54,328 nucleotides of DNA from a virus (IMGVR_UViG_3300021602_000009:1-54328), one strand, 5' to 3'; positions 18,074-27,527 are shown, numbered from the stretch's first letter. Made by a program: numbers and translations. Notes: a model not told the origin generated them from the sequence alone.

Positions 18074-18525
18074 GCAAAATAGACACACTTCACCCGCTGA
18101 TCCGTGAAGAAGTCAGGGCATTGGTAAATAAAATCAATACCGAAATTCTGAAAAGTAACGTGAAAATGGTAGTTACTCAGGGTTTACGCACATTTGCTGA
18201 GCAGGATGCACTATATAAACAAGTTCCGAAAGTAACCAACGCCAAAGGTGGTCAATCAATCCACAACTATGGACTTGCTTTTGATTTTTGCTTAGCTGAA
18301 GCCGGAAAAACTATTTGGGACGTGGCCAAAGATTTTGACGGTGATAAGGTGGCTGACTGGATGGAAGTGGTAAAGGTTTTTAAAGATGCCGGTTATACCT
18401 GGGGTGGAGATTTCCGAAGCATACATGATGCTCCGCATTTCGAAAAAACATTTGGCCATACATGGCAGCAGCTCCTTGAGATTAAAAACGCAGGTAAAAC
18501 CGAAAACGGATATGTGGTATTATGA
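18070..18525 (+). CDS. Endolysin, M15-family (L-Ala-D-Glu-type) peptidase
   Basis: GLRTFAEQDALY, SIHNYGLAFD, WGGDF and DAPHFE motifs. Confidence 0.9.
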   Translation: MSKIDTLHPLIREEVRALVNKINTEILKSNVKMVVTQGLRTFAEQDALYKQVPKVTNAKGGQSIHNYGLAFDFCLAEAGKTIWDVAKDFDGDKVADWMEVVKVFKDAGYTWGGDFRSIHDAPHFEKTFGHTWQQLLEIKNAGKTENGYVVL

Positions 18526-18571
18526 CTTATGAAGATTACATAATTGAAATACAACTCACTTTTAATTTAGC

Positions 18572-19177
18572 ATGGGTATGATACAACTAATTAAAGCATT
18601 TTGGAAGCCGGTACTTGTGCTACTGGTGGTAATAATATTGTCAGATTGGATTTGGAATAATTATAATAAACCTAATCCACCAACCACCGGCAAAACATAT
18701 ACTCAGGCTGACATTGAAAATGCCAAAGCCCGCGTAATTGATTCTATTTACGATGAAGTGGATTATGACAGCATTGCCATATTTCAGGCTGGAAAGGATG
18801 CTAAAGCTGCCGAATCTATAGCGTTACGATCCAGGGAACAATCTTATAAAAAAGGTTATGAACGGTGGAAGCATATAACGGATAGTTTGCTACTGGTGAC
18901 TAAAATAGACAGTGGTTGTAAAAAGATAGTAAAATCACAACAAAATCAGATTGATTCGCTGAATGGTGTTGTTGAAACTGTAGGACAGGAAGCCGAGAAT
19001 TACTCACGTAGATTGTATTTTTCGGAAAAGCAAAACGAGAAAAAAGATAGTATTATTACCCGAAGAGATAAAACCATTGATAGGATTGAAAATGAACGAT
19101 CCGATAATCAGTGCTATAAAAACTGGTTTGATAGCCGACCTTTTTGGAAGTGGGTGCATAATCCGAAATGCAGGTAA
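18572..19177 (+). CDS. Putative spanin-like protein
   Basis: N-terminal TM followed by coiled coil, directly after the endolysin. Confidence 0.5.
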   Translation: MGMIQLIKAFWKPVLVLLVVIILSDWIWNNYNKPNPPTTGKTYTQADIENAKARVIDSIYDEVDYDSIAIFQAGKDAKAAESIALRSREQSYKKGYERWKHITDSLLLVTKIDSGCKKIVKSQQNQIDSLNGVVETVGQEAENYSRRLYFSEKQNEKKDSIITRRDKTIDRIENERSDNQCYKNWFDSRPFWKWVHNPKCR

Positions 19178-19187
19178 TAAATATAAG

Positions 19188-19228
19188 AAAGCCCTCCGCT
19201 TCGCTCGTCCCCTTTGTGAAAGGGGACA
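19188..19228 (+). repeat. REP-like repeat, family A
   Basis: CCCTCCGCTTCGCTCGTCCCCTTT-gtg-AAAGGGGACA. Confidence 0.85.
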
Positions 19229-19267
19229 TTTACGAAGGAATGAGATATGAGTATTTAATAAGATAAA

Positions 19268-19572
19268 CAGGTTCGTTGAAATTTTAGAGAAAGTTTGTTT
19301 GGACAGGGGTTCGACTCCCCTCACTTCCACATCATGCCAGTTACATGTTAGCTAACCCGTCGCTTTAGTACGGTGCTAAACTCACTCAAATTGCCTTTAG
19401 ATAGTATCGAAAAGGATTTCGAAAGTTTAGCAAACCGGGGGTGTTTGGTTTTGACAGCAGATAAGTAGATTTAATGGAGAACTTGCAAGCCAATAAACGG
19501 CAAAACAATCAGAATGTTTAACCCATCACTAAGAGTGGCGGTATAACAGCCCGCAGGGAGCTAAATCCCTGC
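19268..19572 (+). ncRNA. ssrA: Circularly permuted (two-piece) tmRNA gene
   Basis: The acceptor piece GGAC-AGGGG-TTCGACT-CCCCT-CACTTCC-A (19301-19329) precedes the 5' end GGGGGTG-TTTGGTTTTGAC (from 19437). It has a G3-U pair, inter-piece helices, a tag frame at 19499-19546 and a closing hairpin at 19553-19572. Confidence 0.88.
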
Positions 19573-19624
19573 ATTGTTTGAAGAATTTTAAAACAAAAAT
19601 ATAAACCAATTAAAAAACACGAGT

Positions 19625-20059
19625 ATGATACACTTTTTTCAAAACGCAAATGCGTGGGTGATAGGCGAAACCCCGATGTCGTTTGTACCAATTGCAGCCT
19701 ATTTTATGGAAAACTCTGACAACGTAGTGCAGAGTGTGAATCTCATTCCGATGAGTAAGAATTCGAATTTGCCAACATTTAGTGCTGTAAAAATTTCAAG
19801 CATTGCAAAAAATGAAGATGGCGAACTGTACGAAAGCGTAGCAGAATTTGCAACCGCAGTAGCCGGTTATTTTGCCACTTCTACCAATCCGGCTTACGTG
19901 AAAGGTAATCCGTTCACGTATGCTGATTTTACGGAAGAGCAATTGGCAGCATTGAAAGGTGAACCAGGATTATTTTCAGTAGCAATTCCATGGTGTGATG
20001 ATTTTAATGCACTACAAGCTGCTCTTATTGAAGCAGGATTAATGCAAGTAGAAGAATAA
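19625..20059 (+). CDS. Hypothetical protein
   Basis: Contains KGNPFTYADFTEEQLAALKGEPG, a collagen-adjacent motif seen in phage proteins. Confidence 0.75.
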   Translation: MIHFFQNANAWVIGETPMSFVPIAAYFMENSDNVVQSVNLIPMSKNSNLPTFSAVKISSIAKNEDGELYESVAEFATAVAGYFATSTNPAYVKGNPFTYADFTEEQLAALKGEPGLFSVAIPWCDDFNALQAALIEAGLMQVEE

Positions 20060-20060
20060 G

Positions 20061-20134
20061 CATAGTTTTTTCATAGTATTAGATTTAAGGTTAACGCGGA
20101 AGCTCTCGTTGTGATAACGCGAGCTTTCTTTTTT
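20061..20134 (+). ncRNA. Candidate 3'-UTR small RNA ending in an intrinsic terminator
   Basis: TTTTTTCATAGTATTAGATTTAAGGTTAA followed by the hairpin AAGCTCTCGTT/AACGCGAGCTT and a T-run. Confidence 0.45.
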
Positions 20135-20179
20135 AGACCCCCTCTAACTCCCCCAAGGGGGAGGATAAGAAAAATAAGA

Positions 20180-22279
20180 ATGAACATTGAGCAGATAATA
20201 ATAGAAAATGCGAAACGTAATGCTGCTAAGAAGCACGATTACGATCCGGTGTCGGGATTGAACTGTTACGGTGAGCGATTTGTGCTTACGGTACCGGAGA
20301 AGAACCCGCGCACATTTTATTTGCCTATAGAAATGAAAAACCTGAAAGCAGTAAAACTACTTCAAAAGCACGGAAGCATAACTGCAACGCTGAGAGCGCA
20401 ATTTAATAACCAAAAACCCAATCAGGCGCAAATAGATTACTTCTGGATGAAGATTTGCGAAGAACGTTATACATACGATTTTGAATTTTTCGCCATATCC
20501 TGCGTAACCATACGCGATAAAGAAACAGCCGATACTATAAAACTACAGCTCAACCCGGCACAGCGCATGTTGCTGGAAGTATTCGAAGATCAGCGTAAAG
20601 CAGGCATACAAATAACGGTGCAAGTACTCAAAGCCAAGCAAATGGGATTCAGTACGCTGACGCAAATGTATATGAAGTGGATTCAGATAATACACAAGCT
20701 CAACTGGAACAGCGTAGTGTGCGCTCATACCCGCGATGCAGCCATTAATGTGCGAAGTATGTATCAACGTTCCATTGACAGCATGATGGCTATAAACGGG
20801 CAGAAAATAAGCATGAAGGGATTCGGTACCACGCAGAACATGAAAGAAGTGCCGGAGCGAGGTTGTTTGATTACCGTAGGATTTGCCACCGAGCCTGACA
20901 GTGTGCGAAGTCAGGACGTGAAGATGGTGCATTTTTCGGAAGAAGCCTTTTATCCTTCCACTGACAATAATAACCCCGAACTATTAGAAGCAGGTATAAT
21001 ATCATCTTCAACAACAGGACCGTTTACAATGATAGTGCGCGAAAGTACGGCCAATGGAGTGGGGGATTTCTTTTACGAGCAATGGCAGAAAGCCAAGAAA
21101 CAAGAAACAGCCTTTGAACCGGTATTCGCACCCTGGTTTATGATACGGTTATACGAAACACAATTCGACGGCAGCTATTACCTACACAATGGCCGAAAGA
21201 AAAAAGGAACAGTAGCCGATTTTGTTGGTACGCTGGACGAATACGAGTGGAATTTGTGGAATAACCATACCAAAGATAAAATTTGTACGCTGGAGAACCT
21301 GAACTGGCGCAGAATGAAAGCAGCGACCATGCCGAGCGAAAGCAAAATGAAGCAGGAATACCCAAGCGACGATATAGAAGCATTTCAGGACAGCGGAAGC
21401 CCGGTATTTAAAGCCGAAGATGTGGAAGCTATGCGCCCTGATTGCCGATTGCCCGATGTGGTTGGAACACTTGCTTCACTTTGTCCACCCGAACTAGCAC
21501 TGACCGAACCACACCGCCGGAGCGAAATACTCAAAGAGTTGCGGTTTGTGAAAGACGAAGCAGCCACCGAAGCCGTATTGCACGGAGACGCTAAACAACG
21601 CCTGAACCGTGGAATAAACAAACTGCATGTGTGGGAAATGCCCGACAAAGAAATAAAAATAAGTAACCGGTACCTGGTAGTATTCGATCCACAGAAAGGA
21701 GTGAGCGAAAGTGCCGACTACGGAGTTATAAAAGTATTGGACCGTTACTGGATGATGTATGGCGAAAAGCCTGAAATAGTAGCCATGTTTTACGGACACA
21801 TTGATAAGGACGTGACAATATGGATAGCTGCACAAATTGCCAAGTGGTATAATAACGCCTTGTTGGTGGTAGAAAGTAATACCTACGATAGCGACAACAA
21901 AGAAGATCAGACCGAATATATATTTGAAACTATAAAAGAGTATTACGACAATCTGTATAGCCGTACCCCAGCCGAAAAAGTACGCGAAGGAGCACCAATA
22001 CGTTACGGATTCAATACCAACCGAAGTACGAAACCCATGATAATAGCCAATTTTAAAGCTATACTTCGCGAACAGGGATATATAGAACGTGACGAGGAAA
22101 CGCTAAACGAAGCACGAGTGTACGAAGAAAAGAAAGACGGAACTACAGGAGCCAAGCATGGCAAACATGATGACCGGTTGATGGCAACAATGATTTTGAT
22201 TACTATCTGTTTTCAAATGCCAATACCTGCGGAAATAAAAGCAGCTCAGACCGGACATGTGAAGCGGACAGCGTGGTAA
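20180..22279 (+). CDS. terL: Terminase large subunit
   Basis: LKAKQMGFST Walker A region, HFSEEAF Walker B, ESTANG, and nuclease motifs VFDP, VVESN and HDDRLMA. Confidence 0.92.
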   Translation: MNIEQIIIENAKRNAAKKHDYDPVSGLNCYGERFVLTVPEKNPRTFYLPIEMKNLKAVKLLQKHGSITATLRAQFNNQKPNQAQIDYFWMKICEERYTYDFEFFAISCVTIRDKETADTIKLQLNPAQRMLLEVFEDQRKAGIQITVQVLKAKQMGFSTLTQMYMKWIQIIHKLNWNSVVCAHTRDAAINVRSMYQRSIDSMMAINGQKISMKGFGTTQNMKEVPERGCLITVGFATEPDSVRSQDVKMVHFSEEAFYPSTDNNNPELLEAGIISSSTTGPFTMIVRESTANGVGDFFYEQWQKAKKQETAFEPVFAPWFMIRLYETQFDGSYYLHNGRKKKGTVADFVGTLDEYEWNLWNNHTKDKICTLENLNWRRMKAATMPSESKMKQEYPSDDIEAFQDSGSPVFKAEDVEAMRPDCRLPDVVGTLASLCPPELALTEPHRRSEILKELRFVKDEAATEAVLHGDAKQRLNRGINKLHVWEMPDKEIKISNRYLVVFDPQKGVSESADYGVIKVLDRYWMMYGEKPEIVAMFYGHIDKDVTIWIAAQIAKWYNNALLVVESNTYDSDNKEDQTEYIFETIKEYYDNLYSRTPAEKVREGAPIRYGFNTNRSTKPMIIANFKAILREQGYIERDEETLNEARVYEEKKDGTTGAKHGKHDDRLMATMILITICFQMPIPAEIKAAQTGHVKRTAW

Positions 22280-22317
22280 GACCCCCCAACCCCTAAAGGG
22301 GAGTAAGAAGTTTGTAG

Positions 22318-22584
22318 TTAGCGTGGAGACCTGATATATTTATGGACAACTTTAAGTGCTTTCTCGGGAGTGTAGTTTTTACGCAAATACATAAGAAATT
22401 CAGAAAGTTCCTTTTCACGTTTTTTATTTTCCCAAGCATATACAAATGCAGTGGAGTTGACACGATAAATATGTTTAGATTTACAGTGATCACATTCAGT
22501 ACAGTTGAAATAATCTTCCGTATCGAAAAGTTTATCACAATCCGAACACCACATTTTTTGTTTTTTATCTTCTTCGCGTGACAT
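22318..22584 (-). CDS. Small Cys-rich hypothetical protein
   Basis: CSDC...CTECDHC. Confidence 0.6.
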   Translation of the reverse strand: MSREEDKKQKMWCSDCDKLFDTEDYFNCTECDHCKSKHIYRVNSTAFVYAWENKKREKELSEFLMYLRKNYTPEKALKVVHKYIRSPR

Positions 22585-22638
22585 ACATTTAAAGTTTGTA
22601 GGATAATGGCTACAAAGTAAATTAAAATGTATGAAATA

Positions 22639-23910
22639 TCATGCTTTTTTCGTGGGTTTTTTATTCAGCAGGAAATCAATCACTTTCCGATTAGCTTCCG
22701 AAACCTTGTTGATATTGACTTTTGTGTTGCGGTTGGTATAAATTCCAGCCATGCCGGGAGTGGTTCGACCTTGCGCTAAATCAATAATAGGATCGGGAAC
22801 GTCGAGTTCTCCGGCAATGGTAGCCCACGAATGCCGTGCCCAATAACACGAAACAAAAGAAAGTACCAGTTTCAGGTTATCATTCATGCGCCGTTGTAGG
22901 TTGCGGTAATCGTCGGTGGTATAAGTATCGAGGAACGAAAGCAGGTATTTTTTACCCGGATAACGTTTGATAATTTCCATAGCTTCCGGTTCGATACGGA
23001 TAATAACCGGTTCGTTAGTTTTATCGCGCATAATCGAAAGCTGATCATTCCGAATATCCGCACGGGTAAGAAACAAAATATCCTTCACATTCATTCCACA
23101 CAGGAAAAAGGACAAGAAAAACAAATCAATGTATTTTTTCACGTCAGGAAATTCGGAAGTATGTTTTTTGCTCATTTCCTTTAGTTCAGCCTTGAATACA
23201 TCCATGTCGAGATTATACATGTATTGCAGGTCCTTAATCGTAACGTTTCGATGTTTGGTTTTGCTGCGCTTGATTTTAAACCTGCGGAACGGATAAAGGT
23301 CATACCCAATTAAATCGTGGTCAATAGCATCATTAAAAATAGTACGGATAGCGCGCATGTACACGCCACGTCCATTTACGCTCATTCCTGTTGATTCGCA
23401 GTAAGTATCAAAGTCTTTGAGCCAACCCACAGTAATGTCGGAAATATAAAATGTTTCCAAATTGACAAACGCACCCACTTTGACCAGCATTTGCGTATAT
23501 TGTGAGCGGGAAGAAGAAGCACGAAACTTAGCAGCGTAATTGTTGGTATAGGTTGAGAAATGCAGTTTCCTGCGCTCGTCCTTATCTAATTCCTCGTAAC
23601 CTTCGTCGCCAGATTCAATAAAGCGTTTTATTTCGGTGCCGGTTTTGAATTTAGTACGAAGTAAGCCACGCAGTTGCAAATCCTCCAGTACATTTTGTGT
23701 GTATGCCAATTTGTCGGCCACTACGTTATTCATCATCACCACACGAGGAACGCCCACAATTTTTCCAGATACAAAGTTTTCTTTTGGAACTTCAATACCG
23801 GTAGCAACATAAAATGCTTGTCGGTGAAAATTGAAGCGTATTTTCACCGGATATTTTCCGTTTGCTTTTTCTCGTCGTGATTCCAGCACGACCGTTATTT
23901 TCATATCCAT
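22639..23910 (-). CDS. int: Prophage tyrosine integrase (Bacteroidota type with arm-binding N-terminus)
   Basis: YPVKIRF arm domain, SAM-like core, CGMNVKD, YWARHSWAT and a C-terminal Tyr; adjacent to attP. The start is probably 23910 or 23904 rather than 24024. Confidence 0.9.
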   Translation of the reverse strand: MDMKITVVLESRREKANGKYPVKIRFNFHRQAFYVATGIEVPKENFVSGKIVGVPRVVMMNNVVADKLAYTQNVLEDLQLRGLLRTKFKTGTEIKRFIESGDEGYEELDKDERRKLHFSTYTNNYAAKFRASSSRSQYTQMLVKVGAFVNLETFYISDITVGWLKDFDTYCESTGMSVNGRGVYMRAIRTIFNDAIDHDLIGYDLYPFRRFKIKRSKTKHRNVTIKDLQYMYNLDMDVFKAELKEMSKKHTSEFPDVKKYIDLFFLSFFLCGMNVKDILFLTRADIRNDQLSIMRDKTNEPVIIRIEPEAMEIIKRYPGKKYLLSFLDTYTTDDYRNLQRRMNDNLKLVLSFVSCYWARHSWATIAGELDVPDPIIDLAQGRTTPGMAGIYTNRNTKVNINKVSEANRKVIDFLLNKKPTKKA

Positions 23911-23925
23911 GTGATTGTGGTTTGT

Positions 23926-24258
23926 TTGAAAATTGTACAAAACATTTGACGCATTGTGTCGCAAAGTTTCGTGTTTTTGCACATTGTATTGAAAATTGTT
24001 TGAAAATGGCTTTTTAGTAGACATAAAAAAAGTGATTTAGAGTTGCACATTAAAAAATGTAATCAACTGAAAATCACTTATAAAAGTATTCTTTTTTGTT
24101 TTGTCGGGGTAGCGGGATTCGAACCCACGACCCCCTGCTCCCAAAGCGAAAAACAACAAAGTTTTTATGTTGATTATCAGTTGTATATGTTTGTGGCGTG
24201 TGTGATTTTCAATAAACTGTACAATACACAGTGTGTGTTTTGAAAATAGATTGAAAAT
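23926..24258. other. attP region with putative arm-type sites
   Basis: TTGAAAAT at 23926, 23989, 24000, 24240 and 24251, including pairs 11 bp apart on both sides of the tRNA core. Confidence 0.65.
24104..24147 (-). other. attP core: 3' half of tRNA-Pro(TGG)
   Basis: The minus strand reads GCTTTGGGAGCAGGGGGTCGTGGGTTCGAATCCCGCTACCCCGA; the 5' half is absent. Confidence 0.9.
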
Positions 24259-24530
24259 CATCGTGCCTGGTAAAGTTCGTTTACTTTACGTTCTAATTCT
24301 TTAAATCGTGCTTCGGCAGAAAGCTGTTCTTCAGTCTCTCCAAAGAGATAGGCCACCGAAACGCCGTAATACTGCGCAATAAGTACAATCTGATCAGCCT
24401 TCATCTGTGTTTTGCCAGTTAGATAATCATTCAGCGCATCACGCCCCACATGCAAGTACTTAGCCAGCTCCAGTTTTTTAGTCCTTCGGGCTTTTATCAG
24501 CAATTGTATTTGATTAGTTAGAGTACTCAT
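24258..24530 (-). CDS. XRE-family HTH protein
   Basis: ELAKYLHVGRDALNDYLTGKT...IAQYYGVSVAYLFG. Confidence 0.85.
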   Translation of the reverse strand: MSTLTNQIQLLIKARRTKKLELAKYLHVGRDALNDYLTGKTQMKADQIVLIAQYYGVSVAYLFGETEEQLSAEARFKELERKVNELYQAR

Positions 24531-25141
24531 AGATTGTTATTTTTGAGTTTAAATCCAATAGTTTTTAAATCATCTAATTCAAGATTATATAAAATTGGCT
24601 CTCCACCTTTTTCAGCCATAGTAAAGTAATATGTATCATCTTCTCCTTTTTCAATGTATTTAAATACACAACCTGAATCATCGGTTAATTCATTATTGAC
24701 AAATATGGATTCTTGTTTATCTATAATTTCGTTTGTTTTTGAAGAATCATTTTTATAAAATAAAGCAACTGGAATAGCAGGAATATATATAGATGCAAAT
24801 ACAATGGTTGCTATTATCTGGACAGTCAAAACTTTTGCTTCATCTGCATTAAAATCAGTCGTCCATAATGCAGTCATTGAAAAATACGCTAAATGTATAA
24901 CTATAAAAATAGTAAGTATTTTTCCAAATAGATTTTTACATAATGGCATGATTAACATGTTGTACATTTGAGCAATTCCAATAATTAAAGCCAAATCACC
25001 TATACCAATTAAAATAATAAAAAACCACCACCAGTGTGTCATCCAAGAAAATAATAACATCAATATAAAATATACAACACATCCAATTAAGTCATATAAT
25101 ATTGCAATTCCTATTGTTGTGAAAAATGATTTTACACCCAT
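24527..25141 (-). CDS. Membrane protein in the repressor operon (possible superinfection exclusion)
   Basis: About four TM segments, AT-rich, co-oriented with the repressor. Confidence 0.65.
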   Translation of the reverse strand: MGVKSFFTTIGIAILYDLIGCVVYFILMLLFSWMTHWWWFFIILIGIGDLALIIGIAQMYNMLIMPLCKNLFGKILTIFIVIHLAYFSMTALWTTDFNADEAKVLTVQIIATIVFASIYIPAIPVALFYKNDSSKTNEIIDKQESIFVNNELTDDSGCVFKYIEKGEDDTYYFTMAEKGGEPILYNLELDDLKTIGFKLKNNNL

Positions 25142-25143
25142 AA

Positions 25144-25515
25144 TTATTTCTCCGGTTCTGCTGCTGTTAATACTCCATTATTTTCTTTATATGGCTTACT
25201 TTTAAGTTGTGTATTTTCTTTTTTAAGTTCGTAATTTTCAATAGCAAGTTTTTCAATTCGTTCAAGTAAAAAGTTGTTATCAACAAACTTCACATCAAGT
25301 AGACTTTCGTCTTTTTTAATCATTTCGCCATTCCCAGTTACAAGCCATTCTGCATTTATATCAGAATAAGTGTAGAGTATCTTCGCAACTTTATCAGATC
25401 CGACATCTTTTACTTTATCTAAAAATCCATTAGCTACACCAATTTCGATACAAAACTTTCGTACACTAACTTGTTTGTAATCAATAATTTGTTTAATTCT
25501 ATCAATTATATTCAT
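25144..25515 (-). CDS. CI-like repressor (HTH, no peptidase domain)
   Basis: IIDRIKQII...FCIEIGVANG...INAEWLVTGNGEM; divergent from a cro-like gene. Confidence 0.8.
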   Translation of the reverse strand: MNIIDRIKQIIDYKQVSVRKFCIEIGVANGFLDKVKDVGSDKVAKILYTYSDINAEWLVTGNGEMIKKDESLLDVKFVDNNFLLERIEKLAIENYELKKENTQLKSKPYKENNGVLTAAEPEK

Positions 25516-25523
25516 AATTAATT

Positions 25524-25575
25524 TGAAAATAATCTACAAAATTGTTTGATATTATGAAAATACTCTATATATTTG
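25524..25575 (+). promoter_or_regulatory. Rightward early promoter and putative operators
   Basis: TTTG (25545-25548) and TATATTTG (25568-25575) match the Bacteroidota -33/-7 consensus. The repeat TGAAAATA(A/C)TCTA occurs at 25524 and 25555. Confidence 0.7.
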
Positions 25576-25643
25576 CACCGATAATTAATTATAACGAAAC
25601 AGTATAATAAAAAGTAACCAACAAAGATATATATAATATTAAT

Positions 25644-25859
25644 ATGGAAACAACAAAGCGCGTTAAAGTTGTGAGAAAACCCTCATTAATTGACACATTA
25701 AAAACATTACCTCTCGGAATACCTCATTTATTCAGTACCCGCGATTTCAAAATACAGTCTGCCCGAAATGCCATAGCCGGTTTGCGTAAACTGAAAATGG
25801 AATTTATCATTACTGAAGAAGATATGGTAAGTGAATATAAAGTTACCCGCCTGAAATAA
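25644..25859 (+). CDS. Cro-like small DNA-binding protein
   Basis: First gene of the divergent early operon. Confidence 0.55.
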   Translation: METTKRVKVVRKPSLIDTLKTLPLGIPHLFSTRDFKIQSARNAIAGLRKLKMEFIITEEDMVSEYKVTRLK

Positions 25860-25881
25860 ATTTCACCGAAATAACTGATTT

Positions 25882-26571
25882 ATGGAAACAAGTGTAGTAT
25901 TAAGTCGTAAAATGGGGAATTATGCAATTACCCAGCGTACCAGCGATGGTTATTTCGATGGTAATGCATTGTTGGCACAATGGAATGCAGACGAGAACAA
26001 TACAAGGAGAAGATTAGACGATTTTCTTTCGTATAAATCAACACAGGAATTTATAGAAGAAATATCAAAAAGCCAAAGGGGAAATTTCGCCAAAGGTGAT
26101 AATCAAATAGTTACACGACAAAAGGGAAGAATTACCATGAATGGACGAACGCACGATAAAGTATGGATGCACCCTTATCTGTTTATTGATTTTGCTATGT
26201 GGGTAAATCCAACCTTTAAAGTGACAGTAATTCAGTTTGTATATGACGAATTAATCAAACAACGTAATGAAGCCGGTGATGCTTATCGCGAAATGTCGGT
26301 AGCTGTAGCAAAGATTACTCAAAAATCGGAACTCCCACTTGCCATAACTAAAGTAGCACAGGCAATGAACTATATATGTTTTGGAATGCACGAAAAAGAT
26401 ATACGTAACCGGAAAGGCGAATTAGAAATGAAAGAATTGGTAGAGCTTGAAAAAGAAATAACCTTACTAATCAATGTATCGTTTATACGCGACTTTCATA
26501 CGCTGATTGAATACCTCAGAGATAAACACCGGACAAAGTATTATCAACGTCCGGAAGTTTTTAATCAATAA
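25882..26571 (+). CDS. KilA-N domain protein (antirepressor-like)
   Basis: QRTSDGYFDGNALL...VWMHPYLFIDFAMWVNP. Confidence 0.85.
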   Translation: METSVVLSRKMGNYAITQRTSDGYFDGNALLAQWNADENNTRRRLDDFLSYKSTQEFIEEISKSQRGNFAKGDNQIVTRQKGRITMNGRTHDKVWMHPYLFIDFAMWVNPTFKVTVIQFVYDELIKQRNEAGDAYREMSVAVAKITQKSELPLAITKVAQAMNYICFGMHEKDIRNRKGELEMKELVELEKEITLLINVSFIRDFHTLIEYLRDKHRTKYYQRPEVFNQ

Positions 26572-26661
26572 ATAGAAGCCTTGAGAAAGCCATCGACGTA
26601 ATCCAAAAGCCAACCACGGAGTAGGTAATACCATCTACTCCGCCAAAAGCCATTAAACACC

Positions 26662-26859
26662 ATGACCGATACAAAACCCAATGTAGACCCCACCGGGCAA
26701 TACAGCATAGCCAATACAGCTAAACACCTGAATGTAGGAGTGCGAAGCATACAACGCTGGGTAAAGGATGGACGCATGAAAGCCAAAACCCGCAAGATAG
26801 ACAGTAAACGCTATATAAGCGGACTTGAAATAATCAAAGCATGGAATTCAATGTATTAA
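26662..26859 (+). CDS. Excisionase-like HTH protein
   Basis: YSIANTAKHLNVGVRSIQRWVKDG. Confidence 0.8.
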   Translation: MTDTKPNVDPTGQYSIANTAKHLNVGVRSIQRWVKDGRMKAKTRKIDSKRYISGLEIIKAWNSMY

Positions 26860-26879
26860 CCCCAAAAATAAACGACAAC

Positions 26880-27077
26880 ATGAAGTACCTGATCACCAAA
26901 ACAGTAGTGCTGTATGACAACGGCGACCAACGCAACCTAAAGTGGCATATACCTACTGACGACTTAGAAGTTACCCGAAAACAATTGCAAGAAGAACTTC
27001 AATGCAAGAAGATTTCCTTCACGTATGAAGACCTGACGCAAAAGTTTGAAATACCCGCAGAACCAACCCAAAAATAA
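26880..27077 (+). CDS. Hypothetical protein
   Basis: Packed early operon. Confidence 0.6.
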   Translation: MKYLITKTVVLYDNGDQRNLKWHIPTDDLEVTRKQLQEELQCKKISFTYEDLTQKFEIPAEPTQK

Positions 27078-27227
27078 TACAATTATGCTAAAACCTATTG
27101 GCAGCCACATAACGCTGCAACAAGACCCGCCGTTGCGGTTATTCCGCCTGAACTACTGTTACGAACCCGAAGAAGACCAACCACACCTGCTTCACATGAA
27201 AGTGCTTAACTGGCACGTGGAAATACA

Positions 27228-27521
27228 TTGGTAAGTATGATAACGATTGAACTTCACTACCAGTACTCCGAATTGGATAAAAAGCACAATTTCGGGATAG
27301 TGACACAGCCGGATATGCCGGGAGCATATAAAAGCTACGTGCAATGGATATGGTTTCATGTGGGCCGACAACTTGCCAGAACAAACAAAGAAACTTACGT
27401 GATATATCCGTACAAAGTAGGCAAACTGAAAAAGGCATACAAATACTGCAACGATGCAGAACGACAAGGAACAATGATAGCTAACCGTATAAAAATGATA
27501 CTTAAAAACAGCAAAGTATAA
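27228..27521 (+). CDS. Hypothetical protein
   Basis: Packed early operon. Confidence 0.6.
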   Translation: MVSMITIELHYQYSELDKKHNFGIVTQPDMPGAYKSYVQWIWFHVGRQLARTNKETYVIYPYKVGKLKKAYKYCNDAERQGTMIANRIKMILKNSKV

Positions 27522-27527
27522 CGCGAT

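Noticed and set aside
19301-19329. tmRNA/tRNA 3' fragment acting as an att site
   Set aside because: A matching 5' end, pairing helices and a tag frame follow downstream, and no integrase is adjacent.
24104-24147. tRNA-Pro gene
   Set aside because: Only the part from the anticodon loop to the 3' end is present, with no D-arm or 5' acceptor strand. It is best read as the attP core.
23911-24261. Extended integrase N-terminus and small ORFs over attP
   Set aside because: They overlap the arm-type repeats and the tRNA core; the integrase-like sequence begins at about 23910.
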